A program made the translations under genes and the position numbers. Source: Spongospora subterranea f. sp. subterranea (taxonomy: Eukaryota). From it: DNA of 64,000 nucleotides. Each line of letters starts with the position of its first letter. Positions within the stretch are counted from its first letter, which is position 1. This document shows, one piece after another, positions 41,442 through 52,499 of this stretch. Below the pieces are notes generated by a model, which was given only the letters and a program-made list of their open reading frames with translations, searched no databases and was not told the DNA's origin. The DNA lies in NCBI GenBank assembly GCA_049724395.1, contig JAUGWO010000018.1, positions 1 through 64,000 of the forward strand, read 5' to 3'.

Positions 41442-42713
41442 CTATCCAGCTATATTCGTTGTTGTTGGACTCGCAGGTTCACTTGTAAAATTTATCAAGT
41501 CTGAATTGTTCAGACGATCAAGATATCTGGCGCCCAGTGCGAACGCAGGAGTGAAGACGCCACCGCCGCCCAACTCGCCCAGAATCTTCTCTTGATCCTC
41601 GAAAATGCAAATTGCCGCTTGAACTGCAGTTTCTGCGGTGACCAGGTTGGGATCGCCACCCTGCACATGCACCTGAACCTCACTTCCACTTCTTGTCGTT
41701 GCCTTGATCAGATAGCGAAACCAGTTCAGTTTGCATTTATCCTCTGATGGACCACCCTTGTCACCTGGTTCGGGCAACAACCATGTGATGAACCGATTGA
41801 TGTAATGGAACGACAAAATCGCCTTGAAAGGCCTTTCGATTATACCCAGTATCGATGGCAATATAGCAGAGAGCAGGGACGGGTTTTGCGATTGTTCGCG
41901 GAATACGAAATTCGGGTCATATTTTGTATCGCGCTTAGGGTGTGCTCGAAACAGCGAAGCAGTTCGACGAACAACACGAGTATTCACCACGGCCATAACG
42001 GCAGGACCTCGCCATTTCTTGGTCTCGTGGTCGAATTCGATCCCCAGCGAATCCTTCTCAAAACTATTGGGTGTTGCCTCGGGCGCCGCAACGTCGTCCT
42101 GGCGCTCGTTCAGCGCGTATGCGTCCTTGAGCACGCGCTGGGAAGCCGGGTCCGATAGGGTCTGGATCACCGTCCTCATCGTCCCGCCGCTCATCGACCC
42201 CTCGACGTAGACATAGCTGGCGGCCCTGACCAATGGGTCTTTCGCCACATTCTGTGCATAAAACACTCCCAAATCGGACGGGACGCTATCGAAACCGCAA
42301 GCAGGTACGACCAAGACGTTGCCGATTCTGGCCTTGGATCCGAATTCGTCAATCACCTTTCGCATGAAATCGACCTCGCCCGTGATGTCGACGTAATGGG
42401 TCCCAGATTGCACGCATGCGCGAACGACGGGCAAGCCGACAACCGAGAACGGTCCAGCACATGAGATAACGACCGACACCTTCGACACGAACTCCAGCAC
42501 GCTGTCGAACGCGTTGCAGTCGACAGGATTCTCGTGGACCTGTATCCTGGACACGTTCAGGTCGCCGACCAGACTCTTGAGACGGTCAACATGTCGCGAC
42601 GAGGCCAGCACCTTCAGCTCGGGACTGATCCGGGCCAGACGCTGCAGAACCAAATGCCCCAGATACCCGGACGCGCCCACAACACCAATATCATACGCCC
42701 GCTGATGAACCAT
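41442..42713 (-). CDS. Saccharopine dehydrogenase-like oxidoreductase (SCCPDH / trans-acting enoyl reductase family), intronless
   Basis: YDIGVVGASGYLG, SCAGPF, THYVDITGE, CGFDSVPSDLG, SGGT, GGVFTPA. ATG at 42713. Confidence 0.88.
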   Translation of the reverse strand: MVHQRAYDIGVVGASGYLGHLVLQRLARISPELKVLASSRHVDRLKSLVGDLNVSRIQVHENPVDCNAFDSVLEFVSKVSVVISCAGPFSVVGLPVVRACVQSGTHYVDITGEVDFMRKVIDEFGSKARIGNVLVVPACGFDSVPSDLGVFYAQNVAKDPLVRAASYVYVEGSMSGGTMRTVIQTLSDPASQRVLKDAYALNERQDDVAAPEATPNSFEKDSLGIEFDHETKKWRGPAVMAVVNTRVVRRTASLFRAHPKRDTKYDPNFVFREQSQNPSLLSAILPSILGIIERPFKAILSFHYINRFITWLLPEPGDKGGPSEDKCKLNWFRYLIKATTRSGSEVQVHVQGGDPNLVTAETAVQAAICIFEDQEKILGELGGGGVFTPAFALGARYLDRLNNSDLINFTSEPASPTTTNIAG

Positions 42714-42925
42714 CGCCAAGAAACAAAAACTTATGAATCTTGACGGTTTCGAGCGAAAATCCAAAACAGGGATGAACGGAGTGAAATGACCAAGATATAT
42801 GAAACATCCGCTACTGGTCATCTGTTTGATTGGTTTTTGGCTCTTTTTGACCTCCGACTTAGGAGATTGAGCATTTGCGTAATATGTTGTTATCTGCCGA
42901 CAAACAAACGTAAGGGATTGGAGTT

Positions 42926-44619
42926 ATGATGATTTCGCTCAGGCTGGTCGTTCTGACGCTGGCAGCGTTGGCTGTGGCGAAACTGGGCCCAGTGTCGGGG
43001 AAAGGCGAACGGATCGGGATCATTGGGGGTGGAGTTGGCGGCGCCGCTCTGGCGTTATTCCTTCGAGATGAACTTGGCGATCGGGTTTCCCTAACTGTTA
43101 TCGAATCCGGTAAACTGATGTCGGCGCGAATCTTCAATTCACAATCACCCACCCTTCGACCGCTGTCTATAGAAAGCCAGATAGGGGGGCGACTTAAATC
43201 CTTCAAGAGCGGCAACCTCACGTTTGAGCTGGGCGCCTCAATCGGGGCAGACGGGAATCACTATTTTCAATCGCTATCCGAGCGAATGAACCTGACGACA
43301 GCCACGCCAGAAGTCGTCGAAGGCGACTTCGTCATCTTCAACGGCCAACGCATTCTGTTTCGTTCTGCCCCGACGGTCATGGTAAGACGACTTTCGCGAT
43401 CTTCCGTCAACGATCCTCTGAACCCATTTTTTGTCGATTATTAGGGGAACATGTATCGATTTGTCAAACGCTACGGGGCGTCGATCTTTGCCACCGCGAA
43501 ACTGGTGTTGAGCCTGATTGCCCGATTCAAAACGGTGTACCAGCGGCAAGATGATGGGGTGTTCTTTCGGTCGTCCCTTGATCTATGGAGAAACCTGTCC
43601 CTCGATTATGAATCCCAGCTCAGACTGAACGACACATTGCGAACCGCGTACGCCGTTGGGTCCTGGTCCCCAATCACCGAACCGTTCATCGACGAGTTCG
43701 TCGGCGCCATCACCCGAATCAACTACAATCAATCGCCACGAACGATCAGTGCGTTGGCCGGTCTGGTTGCGTTGGCGCCACTTTTAGCCGAACAGGTTCG
43801 GATCACAACGTCGGTTTGTTGTTTTCAGTGCTGAACCTCGATGTATTTATCGGTGGAAATAGGTGTTCACGATCGAAGGCGGCAATGTTCAGCTACCAGA
43901 GCGCCTAATACAAGCGAGTAAATGTCGAGTTCGGTTGAACCACAATGTGGTTCGTCTGGTCGCCCGACAACGACATGGGAAGACGTCCTGGAAGGTCTAC
44001 GTGGAAGGGAAGAAACAACCATATCACTTCGACAAGGTCGTCATAGCGGCGCCATTGAACACGAGCAAAATCAGCATTCAGGGACCGGGTTTGAATCTGC
44101 CCGATCCGCATCCGTATCAGGACGTTCACGTCACCTTTGTCGAAGGCAAAATCAACAAACGTAATCGACGAGATCTTCCACAATCCGATCGTGCTGACTC
44201 TTTCAGGTTATTTCGGGCTGCAGAAATCGGACGAGTTGCCGGCGACCATCGGCACGACGGAGTCGAATCGGACCCGTTTTTCGTCGCTGTCCGTTTTACG
44301 GGCGACGCCCGATGGCCGAGATATCATGAAGCTGTTCTCGAGGCAACGCTTGCCTTCTGAGTTCATGCTCTCGGTATTCGAGATGGGATATAAGGTTCTG
44401 TATCACAAGCTGTGGAAAGCGTATCCCAAGTTTTCCCCGCCGGAAGAGCTGCCCAGTTTCGTCGTTGCTGATGGGCTGTATTACCTGAACGCCATCGAGA
44501 ACGCCGCCTCGGCGGTCGAGCTGTCGTTGATCAGTGCGAAGAACGCCGCGTTGATGATCGGGCACGAACTGAAAACGGGGACGGAATCGCACCACGATCG
44601 GCTGAAAGATCAGCTATAA
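42926..44619 (+). CDS. Prenylcysteine oxidase / farnesylcysteine lyase-like, multi-exon
   Basis: Signal peptide, IGIIGGGVGG FAD motif, IGGRL...FELGASI, RINYNQ, IEGGN, WKAYP...LYYLNAIENAASAVELSLISAKNAA. Confidence 0.9.
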
Positions 44620-44699
44620 CTCTTTCCCCCATTGTCTTAACAATAAAGTGGTGGCGGTCAACAATCAGCCCCCACATTCTTCACCAAACCGTCCGACGT

Positions 44700-45860
44700 T
44701 GTGATGGCGCTATAGCTGCAACAAAGGTGGAATTGCCGGAGTCGAGGCGCTGGGCAATTGCCATGAAGCCACCTCGTGGGCGATGCAACAACACAGATTG
44801 CAATGGGGGGTCAGAGGAACCCCCTCTCGACCAGGACTGTGCCAATACCTTGACCCTGATGGTGTTTGGTCAACGGGGGATCGACCGTATTGATCCACCA
44901 GGGACGATCGGAAATTAAGTCAATGAGGATAGTCAGATCCCCGTTCAATACGACTAGTGGGCCACCGATATCAAATAGCGCCTTCTGGATTTATCACATC
45001 CATATCAATTGCAGCCGACATTGCCTCGAAAATCACCGTTCTGAGGAAAGTGTTTCCTGTCAGAACCAAGGCGTGCAACTCGTACAGCTATTCAGTTTTC
45101 ACCATTGTGCCATCATCTCGACCTCTCATAATCAACATTGATGAAGTTGTTTTGTCGAACCTGCTCACTTTTCGTCAAAACTTGAAACAATTCCATTAGT
45201 AGTTGTTCAATCTGCAAAACAAAAAACGATTCGCTCTGCCGCGTCAAGCAAATCCTGCAGGGGCTTCTAAATCAACTCTCAGCATAACTTGGAATGGCAC
45301 AACATGTTTTGATCAACAGGCTCTCAATATGTTTGATAAGAAAAGTCGGTGAAAGTAGCGTTTGTGAATGTGGTGAGGTTCGGATGGTCAGCCGACCAGG
45401 TGTCCAATGCTGGGTAATGGGTTTGCTTATCAAGAAGACGTAAGCTTCTCGCAGGAAAAGTTCCTGATCATCATCAGGGCTTTGATCGAAGGAAGAACTG
45501 TGATTTTAACCAACTGTGCTGCGGCGTCAGGTTGTTTTTAAGGAGAGGCGGTACAGCATCGCCATCGAAATAGGACCATGGCCCAGAGTCTTGAACCCCT
45601 GATGGCTGAACTCAACTGGGATTCCGGTCCAACGTCATTTACTGTTGCTTGCGACCGGTTTAATAGGTTTGATAGGAGCTTCGTTCAGCGTTCATGATTC
45701 CCCAAGTTCGATGACGTCTTCACCCGGAGGCAATCCTTGCTGATTCATACGGCTATTCCAGCGTCTCGACGCTGCTGAAAAGTCATTGATATTAGTGTTC
45801 GCTGGGCAGTTCCGTGCTGCCAATGCAATACTGACGACTGAACTCGTCCACCATACGTAT
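44700..45860 (-). pseudogene. Possible degenerate retroelement ORF1/gag relic
   Basis: Only support is CNLCCCIAHEVASW resembling a decayed CX2CX4HX4C knuckle, plus the absence of a coherent gene. Extent is a guess. Confidence 0.25.
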
Positions 45861-46357
45861 TCTTTATTTGAAATCAGCGGAACAACAAACAGAGTCAGTA
45901 TTCGAAAATATCAGTGAAAATGGAGTCAATCTGACTCCAATTCACTTTGGGGTTCTGTGTCTGGAAACTCAAAATCCGAACGGTCGTTATGACAGTTTTT
46001 CGAATGCCCAACCGCCCATCTCGATTTCGCCAAGGTTCAAGCTACTGGCCCTTCTGCAGCGCTAGTTCAATGCAATAATCATTACCTATGTTCATGATTT
46101 TGAATTTCAGAAGCAGAAATAAGATTTAACATTGGACAATATGACTCCGTTGAGCACCTCACTGAAATGTTCGAGTATCGACTCGGTTCCTTGTTTCGCT
46201 GATCTTCGTCAAATAATACGTATGCTGGACGGGCTCATTGTATTGCGTTCGCAGCACCAACAACCGTCCAGCCATTAGTCGTGTCGGGACCAAAACGATG
46301 ATCGGTTACAAAAGTCATTGTTGATCACTTTGCAATCGGTATACTATGATGAATTTG

Positions 46358-46539
46358 ATTGGAATTACTCAACTTCGTGTTATCGATCGCCTCACCTGAC
46401 TGGTCCATTACTGTTGTGGTTCTAATTGGAATTACCAACTTCGTGTCATCGATCGCCTCACCTGACTGGTCCATTACTGTTGTGGTTTTAATTGGAATTA
46501 CTCAACTTCGTGTCATCGATCGCCGGTCCATTACTGTTG
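46358..46539. repeat. Tandem repeat, ~66-67-bp unit, ~2.8 copies
   Basis: Units attggaattac(t)caacttcgtgt.atcgatcgcctcacctgactggtccattactgttg start at 46358, 46425 and 46491; the third has an internal deletion. Confidence 0.92.
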
Positions 46540-46887
46540 AATATTGCTGAAGACCGACGAAGACGAATTATGGCGATCATGCAACTCTAAACAAATCTTC
46601 CGAGCCCCAAAGATGGGTTTGGCCAATATATATATATATAACACATACTGTAGAGCACCAACGAAACTTGTAGTTTATTGTAATCCGATGAATGGGTTTA
46701 AGGTGATGATATTCCCGTTGTGCAATAGTGAAGCGATGGAAGGAATTGTCAGTAGAGATTCGTTGAAACCATCAGATCAAAGAACCCCAAACGCACTCGC
46801 GGACTTTCTTCATGATATAGCGATAATACAGTGGTGTAACACCTTGGCGCCAGAAAAGCGCCATTGATTGCACGCAGCTATCGTGAC

Positions 46888-48218
46888 ATGACAACGCCAG
46901 TTCAACACGAAATCACTAGTGATGAAGTTAGTCTATATGATAGGCAAATCCGGGTATGGGGCGTGGAAGCGCAAAACAGGTGGACATGGCAATCTGACTT
47001 GCGGTTTTGACTCGCGAGGTCGTTCACTAGTTTTGTATCAGGTTACGCAATAGCCACGTTCTAATCGTCAATATAACCGCCGCCCATTGTGAAGTTGCCA
47101 AAAATATTGTCCTAGCGGGTATTGGCTCTCTTACGCTTTTAGATGATAGTGTGTTAGAGGAAAACGAAGACATATCGTCTTACTTTATGCTCAACTCATC
47201 AGACGTCGGCAAAAACGTATATTTGTGTGGTCAATTTGTTGTGACGTTGTCTAAAGACTTTTTCACTGTAGAAAGCGGACGCTGTTGTGCCAAGAATTGC
47301 AGAGCTTAATCCGAATGTACAAGTTTGCGCTATCTCCGGCAATATTTCATCGAGCCCGCCCTCATTCTTCGATGACTTTACTGTAATTTCTGTCGCTGGA
47401 TGTGGGCTGTCGGCAATCAAATCGCTGGAGCGCATTTGTTCCTCGTCAGCGAATGGCGCTGCCTTGTTCCTGTGCGGCACAATCAATTTCAACGCGTTCT
47501 TCTTCTCATTTCTACATCATCATACCTTTGTCATGTAGGCTGTACATATCACCTTCGAATTTTGGTAGTGACGGTAGCACTTTTAGGACAGAACCAGGCA
47601 CCAATGGGGCCTCTGATGTTCATAAAGACGTCAGCGTTGACTATCCAACATTTTCTGAGCTATTTTCTGCACACTTCAAAGATGTTTCTTCTGGATTCGG
47701 GCCGCGATTGAAGTCTAGCGCTCAGCAGTTCATATGCATACGCTTAAGTTTGTTAACAGAGTGTATGTCGTTATTGATTCCTGATGCGCATGTTTTCTTA
47801 GTGTTCGAATTTGAAGAGAAATTTGGTCGTTGGCCAGATTTGGCTGACATGGAGGTTTTTGTCGAATTTCAGCGTTCTATGAAATCTCAAGGGCTCGACT
47901 CTCTGACTTTACCAGACAATGTTTTACTGAATGATACGGTTTTGATCCATGATCTTATTGGTGTTTTATTTTTAGGTTGTGCAAGAAACACTTAGTTGCT
48001 GGAGGCAGGAGTTCGCCCCCAGCACGGCCATCATTGGGGGAATTTTAGGCCAAGTTCGGCTCCACCATCTATTCCATTTCGTATCTAATTTCTCTTCGCA
48101 GGAAATTTTGAAAACGATCTCCCGGAAAGATGCTCCTCTGCAAAACGTCACGATATTCTCAGGATGGGAAGGATCCGCGATCAATATCAGAATCCCTGCT
48201 CAAAAACCATCTGAATAA
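46888..48218 (+). CDS. SAE1: SUMO-activating enzyme subunit 1 (AOS1/SAE1), multi-exon
   Basis: LYDRQIRVWGVEAQ|RLRNSHVL...EVAKNIVLAGIGSLTLLD, ELNPNVQV, FAPSTAIIGGILGQ|EILKTISRKDAPLQN. Confidence 0.88.
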
Positions 48219-48433
48219 ATATTGTTATAGAATTGCTGTTTGCCAAAAGCGTTGGCACCTTCCTGTAAAACCCTACACGGGAGGCAGGAGGCCCAACGAT
48301 CCCATTGTCTGTATCAGCCTTGAGTACACTGCATAGCGTCACGGTTCTACAGTGTTCTTGATTGCAACTCGTTCATACCTCATTTATTTATCATTGCTTG
48401 CGCCACCGTCTCGGCGAACGACTCGGACATACA

Positions 48434-49633
48434 ATGTCAGACAAATGGCAGAACCAAATTGCCCAGCTTAGTTTGGACCTAATTGAGATGCGAGCCGCCA
48501 GGGCTGACGCAATCGATAGGATGCGAGACGCGCGGGCCACTGTTGCTCATGCGCGCAATCAAAATCGGGAACAAATCAGCCAATGCAATGAAGAAATGAA
48601 ACTTTTGCGAGAAAAGGCGGATTTATCTGCTCAGCAGCTTGCAGTTGTGAGATCTCAAATGGAACACATGGGCGTCCAAATGGTTGATTATCAGACCGCG
48701 TTGATGCATCGCACTGAATCAGAGTGTAATTTACGAGATATGCTGAGGACCAAAGAGAATGAATTGCAATTGAAAACGGAGGTTGTTGAGCAGCAAGCTC
48801 AATCACTGGAAAGAGAACTGTCAGAAGTTAACGAGGAGCTCAGAACGTTACGGGCTATGTTGATGAGTGAGCAAAGGGCATCGTCAAAAGTGAGACAAGA
48901 TCTTGAAATCTCCAATGGTCGCATTATTACGTTGGAAGGGCAAATTACAAAAATGAAAGCCGAAGCGGGAATACTCAAAGCTAATTGGCAAAATGAACGG
49001 TCCAGAGCGTTGCAGTTGGAGCAGAGCGAGCCAGCGAGGTTAATTCGCGAACGTGATCAGCTGAGAATTCAAGTTGATAAACTTGAGGCCTTTACTGGAT
49101 CAGCAACCAACTGTCAAGATCTAATTACAGAAAGGGACGAGCGAATCACCAAGCTTGTTAAAGAAATGGGGACGATTGAAGCTGCTCTTCAGGTGAAAGA
49201 CAATATCATCGAGCAATTTGACACCCAATTATCGGAACTGCAAAACGAACTTCAGGCGTCATCCACTCAAGTAAAAAACCAGAATTCTTTGATTGAAGAT
49301 CTGTACAAAAGACTGAAGGAGCGGAGTGCATCAGTGGAACGGGCATCATCTCAACTGACTTCAGCGCCAGATCGTGATCGTCACGAAGTGTCTAATCCAG
49401 CAATTTTGAAAACGATTTGGCATGATATTGAAGTTACGAAAGAAATAATTGCCTCCGTTTTGGGAGAAAACGAGAAAGACCTAGGACTTTTGTTAAGGAA
49501 AGACGACTATGCTAGTCATTCTCCTGGACGAACATATGATCTATCTGCGATTCGCAGCAGTGTGGCTCAATTAAGGCAACAAATAACGTCAGCGGTAGCC
49601 GCTCAGATAGGAGAGTCGTGCGCCGTACAATGA
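48434..49633 (+). CDS. Long coiled-coil protein with CEP85/CEP85L-like C-terminus and CaaX box (CAVQ)
   Basis: ~400-aa intronless heptad-rich ORF ending DLGLLL...QLRQQITSAVAAQIGESCAVQ*. Confidence 0.7.
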   Translation: MSDKWQNQIAQLSLDLIEMRAARADAIDRMRDARATVAHARNQNREQISQCNEEMKLLREKADLSAQQLAVVRSQMEHMGVQMVDYQTALMHRTESECNLRDMLRTKENELQLKTEVVEQQAQSLERELSEVNEELRTLRAMLMSEQRASSKVRQDLEISNGRIITLEGQITKMKAEAGILKANWQNERSRALQLEQSEPARLIRERDQLRIQVDKLEAFTGSATNCQDLITERDERITKLVKEMGTIEAALQVKDNIIEQFDTQLSELQNELQASSTQVKNQNSLIEDLYKRLKERSASVERASSQLTSAPDRDRHEVSNPAILKTIWHDIEVTKEIIASVLGENEKDLGLLLRKDDYASHSPGRTYDLSAIRSSVAQLRQQITSAVAAQIGESCAVQ

Positions 49634-49759
49634 TGATCGCATTTTCACGGCCGGCAAGGGACAAACCGCCAAGCTCCAATTCTTCCCTATCTCTCGACCA
49701 TGTTGCTTTTCGTGCTATAGCAGAACATGATCCCTGGAAGAACCGTTGGCGTATACTAA

Positions 49760-50184
49760 TTAATATATATAAGGCATAAAGGCTTGTTCATGAACGTCTA
49801 GATTTCGAAGTCGCAACTGGTCGAAGAGAAAGGTGAGTTCCTTGCCGAAATTCGCTTCAAAATCGTCGTCTTCATCTTGGCATGCGGTAACTTTCGCCTT
49901 CATCTGTTTCATCTATCCAAAATAAAACTTCACAATTTCTCTGAAGCCAAGTCAACTTATCTTACTTGTAATTGTTGCAACCGAGCCGTTAATGCATCTA
50001 TTGATAATGAACTTTCTGGAACAAAATCTTGGTGGTCAGATTCAGGTAATGCGAACCAAGGCTTAGCGTAAATTATCGGCTGTTCCGATGTAGGCGGTCT
50101 GAAAATTGGCGTTTGCTGTTCCATTGGTTTCAGATTATATTCGAACGCTGGAGCTTCGAATATGGGAAATGCACAACTGGACAT
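49760..50184 (-). CDS. Small hypothetical protein, two exons
   Basis: MSSCAFP...RLQQLQ|gtaag...atag|MKQMKAKV...QAFMPYIY*, in frame across a GT-AG intron. No recognised motif. Confidence 0.4.
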
Positions 50185-50716
50185 GCGCGTGCCCTTTTCT
50201 GATGTGGTAATGACACCCAATGGGCCTATGCAACGCCAGCCACAATGCGTCGAGAGGATGAAAATGTCTTGAAATTGAACCAAGAACCCTGTTGAAAATA
50301 AAGTACACTTTGACGATCACAGAGTCCTGAACCAAAGTCTGAAACGACGAATCCCGTTGTTTGGTCGGTTGATGCAGGAGCAACCTAAGGGTGCACTAAT
50401 AGTTGGGGTGCCAGATATCTGTGGCGAGCGAAAGTTGAGATCTTGTGATCAGCGGATTACAGGGTCGGGCTGGCGACGTCCCCGGACAGTGTAGTGATGA
50501 GTCTACAGTTCCTGGCGTTAGTGTGCGGTTGTCGGCACGGTCCGTCCCTTTATCCTGTGAGAATGACCAGCAGTTAATAACAATACCACTTACGATACAG
50601 CAGCATTGGGATTGGGGGTTGAATCAGGCAGACTGTGGTAAGTTGTGGTCTAGTGGAGTCCGACAGACACAGTCATGTACAGTTGCGATCACTGACACCG
50701 ACAATTGCAAACCCTA

Positions 50717-52480
50717 CAGTAGTCCGATTATATTTGCGTTGTACACCTTTGTGTATATATGAAATCAAAGTTCAGTCAATACTGATTGGAGTCTGATTGG
50801 TGTGATAGTCCTGTGCGAGTGATATCTCCTCACAGCGTATTCAACTTGATGGTTGTTGACCCCATTCTTCTCCCGATAAGCATCCATACCGAAAAGAAAT
50901 CTGGCGAATCGTCTCATTGCTGCAGCTGACGCCACGTTCAGCCCCATCGGAATTACCCTCTCCAAGTCCTTGAACCAATGATTTCGCGTGATTTTTCCGC
51001 TGCGCCCCAAAACATTTCATCAATCCAGTTGAACTCTGGGTATAGGTTGGGGTAAACAATGATGATGCCTCCTGCGCTTGACACGGTCTCTTCTAACCAT
51101 TCTTGTTGCGACGAGAAATCGGGTTGGCTCGAAGGCAGTAAAACGCGCATCGTTCAGGCTCATCCCAGAAGTGGGTCAAAGGCATCTATCGGTAAGAATT
51201 TGGCGAATTTCTTTTTAGACAATGGCCATTAATTGCATGACCAGACTCAACACTAACTTTGTGCTCCACAATATCCCTTGTTGGTCCAATATCCATCTGC
51301 GTTTTTACCTGGCTTTATTCAATTTGAGAGTTGCAATGGTTGAGCCAACTGATTCGAAAGCTGTGATTTCTCGGAATACTTTAGCGATTTCGATTGTCAG
51401 CAAAACTTCCATATGCCCATGGCACTGGCACAAAACCTGGGACACCATAATGGATCTGCCAGATCCGTTTGGCCTCAAAACCTGCCTATCGCCTTCTAAA
51501 CAAATCGTCTTCGTACTATTATTTGACTCGAAACAAGTCTCGTCATGAGTTAATGAAACCAGCGAACTTTCGTTTGGAGTGCGCGAGTAAAGCTTCGCAA
51601 ATAACTCTAGAAACCTGATAAAAGGCTAAAGGGTGAAAACAAAAGGTTGGAAATGTCGTACCGTTTCCGATACTCAACAACATCTGGGCGCTCATGCCCA
51701 TCGGTATACGTGCCCTTTTTATATTCAATGTTTCGATATCCAAGCCGATGAAGCTATTTTCGTGCAGTCACTTTTGTTATAATGGTGGAATTTGTAAAGC
51801 CGAGGCAGTCGATCTTGCGCAGGCTTTCAGCTATTTTCCACGACGATAATATCGTCTGTTCGGCTTGGATTTCGAGACACTGAGTATAAGAAGGGCACGT
51901 GTATCGATGGACATGAGCGCCCAGATGCTGTTGAGTATTGGAAACGGTACGACATTTCAAACCTTTTGTTTGTACCCTTTGGCCCAATATTGCTGCTTTT
52001 ATCAGGTTTCTAGAATTATTTGCGAAGCTTTACTCGCGCATTCCAAACGAAAGTTCGCTGGTTTTATTAACTCATGTCGATGTATTGATGTAGAGTCTGT
52101 TTATGACTTTATCTGAACTCGATTTTTGATTCAAATGATAGTAAGAAGACGATGTGGTTAGAAGGCGATCGCATTTCGAAAAAGAGAGACCATCGATCGA
52201 GTTTTTACGTGTTTGCCTTGGCAAGAAGCCTTGATTGTCTTAAATTGAAGAAAGTGCAATGCCCATTGACGAAGTCTCCGGCTGCGGTAATCAAAGCCTT
52301 TTCCTGCACCGAAGAGCACCTTGCTGATTTCCAAAGACGTTTTGATCCTTAAACTGGGATTCAGTTTAATCGCTTCTAAATACCTCAGTATGCACATATA
52401 TTGCACATTCTCAAACTTGTTGACATTGCGGTTTTCAGCAGTTTGACAATATCTCAGCAAAATTCATCGGTAGCGCTTTC
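50717..52480 (-). mobile_element. Degenerate DDE transposon of the element A family, with a spliceosomal intron and an internal inverted duplication
   Basis: QGKHVKTRS, KKGTYTDGHERPDVVEYRK, THDETCF, SIMVSQVLCQCHG, QPDFSSQQEWLEE, PEFNWI, MDAYR. Probable terminus TA|cagtagtccgatt at 50717. Confidence 0.8.
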
Positions 52481-52499
52481 GAACTCTTCGATGGTTGTG

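Noticed and set aside
46358..46539. CRISPR-like array
   Set aside because: Units are contiguous tandem copies with no unique spacers, there are no cas genes, and the context is eukaryotic.
42926..49633. Functional clustering of prenylcysteine oxidase with the CaaX protein
   Set aside because: They are separated by unrelated sequence and SAE1; proximity is likely coincidental.
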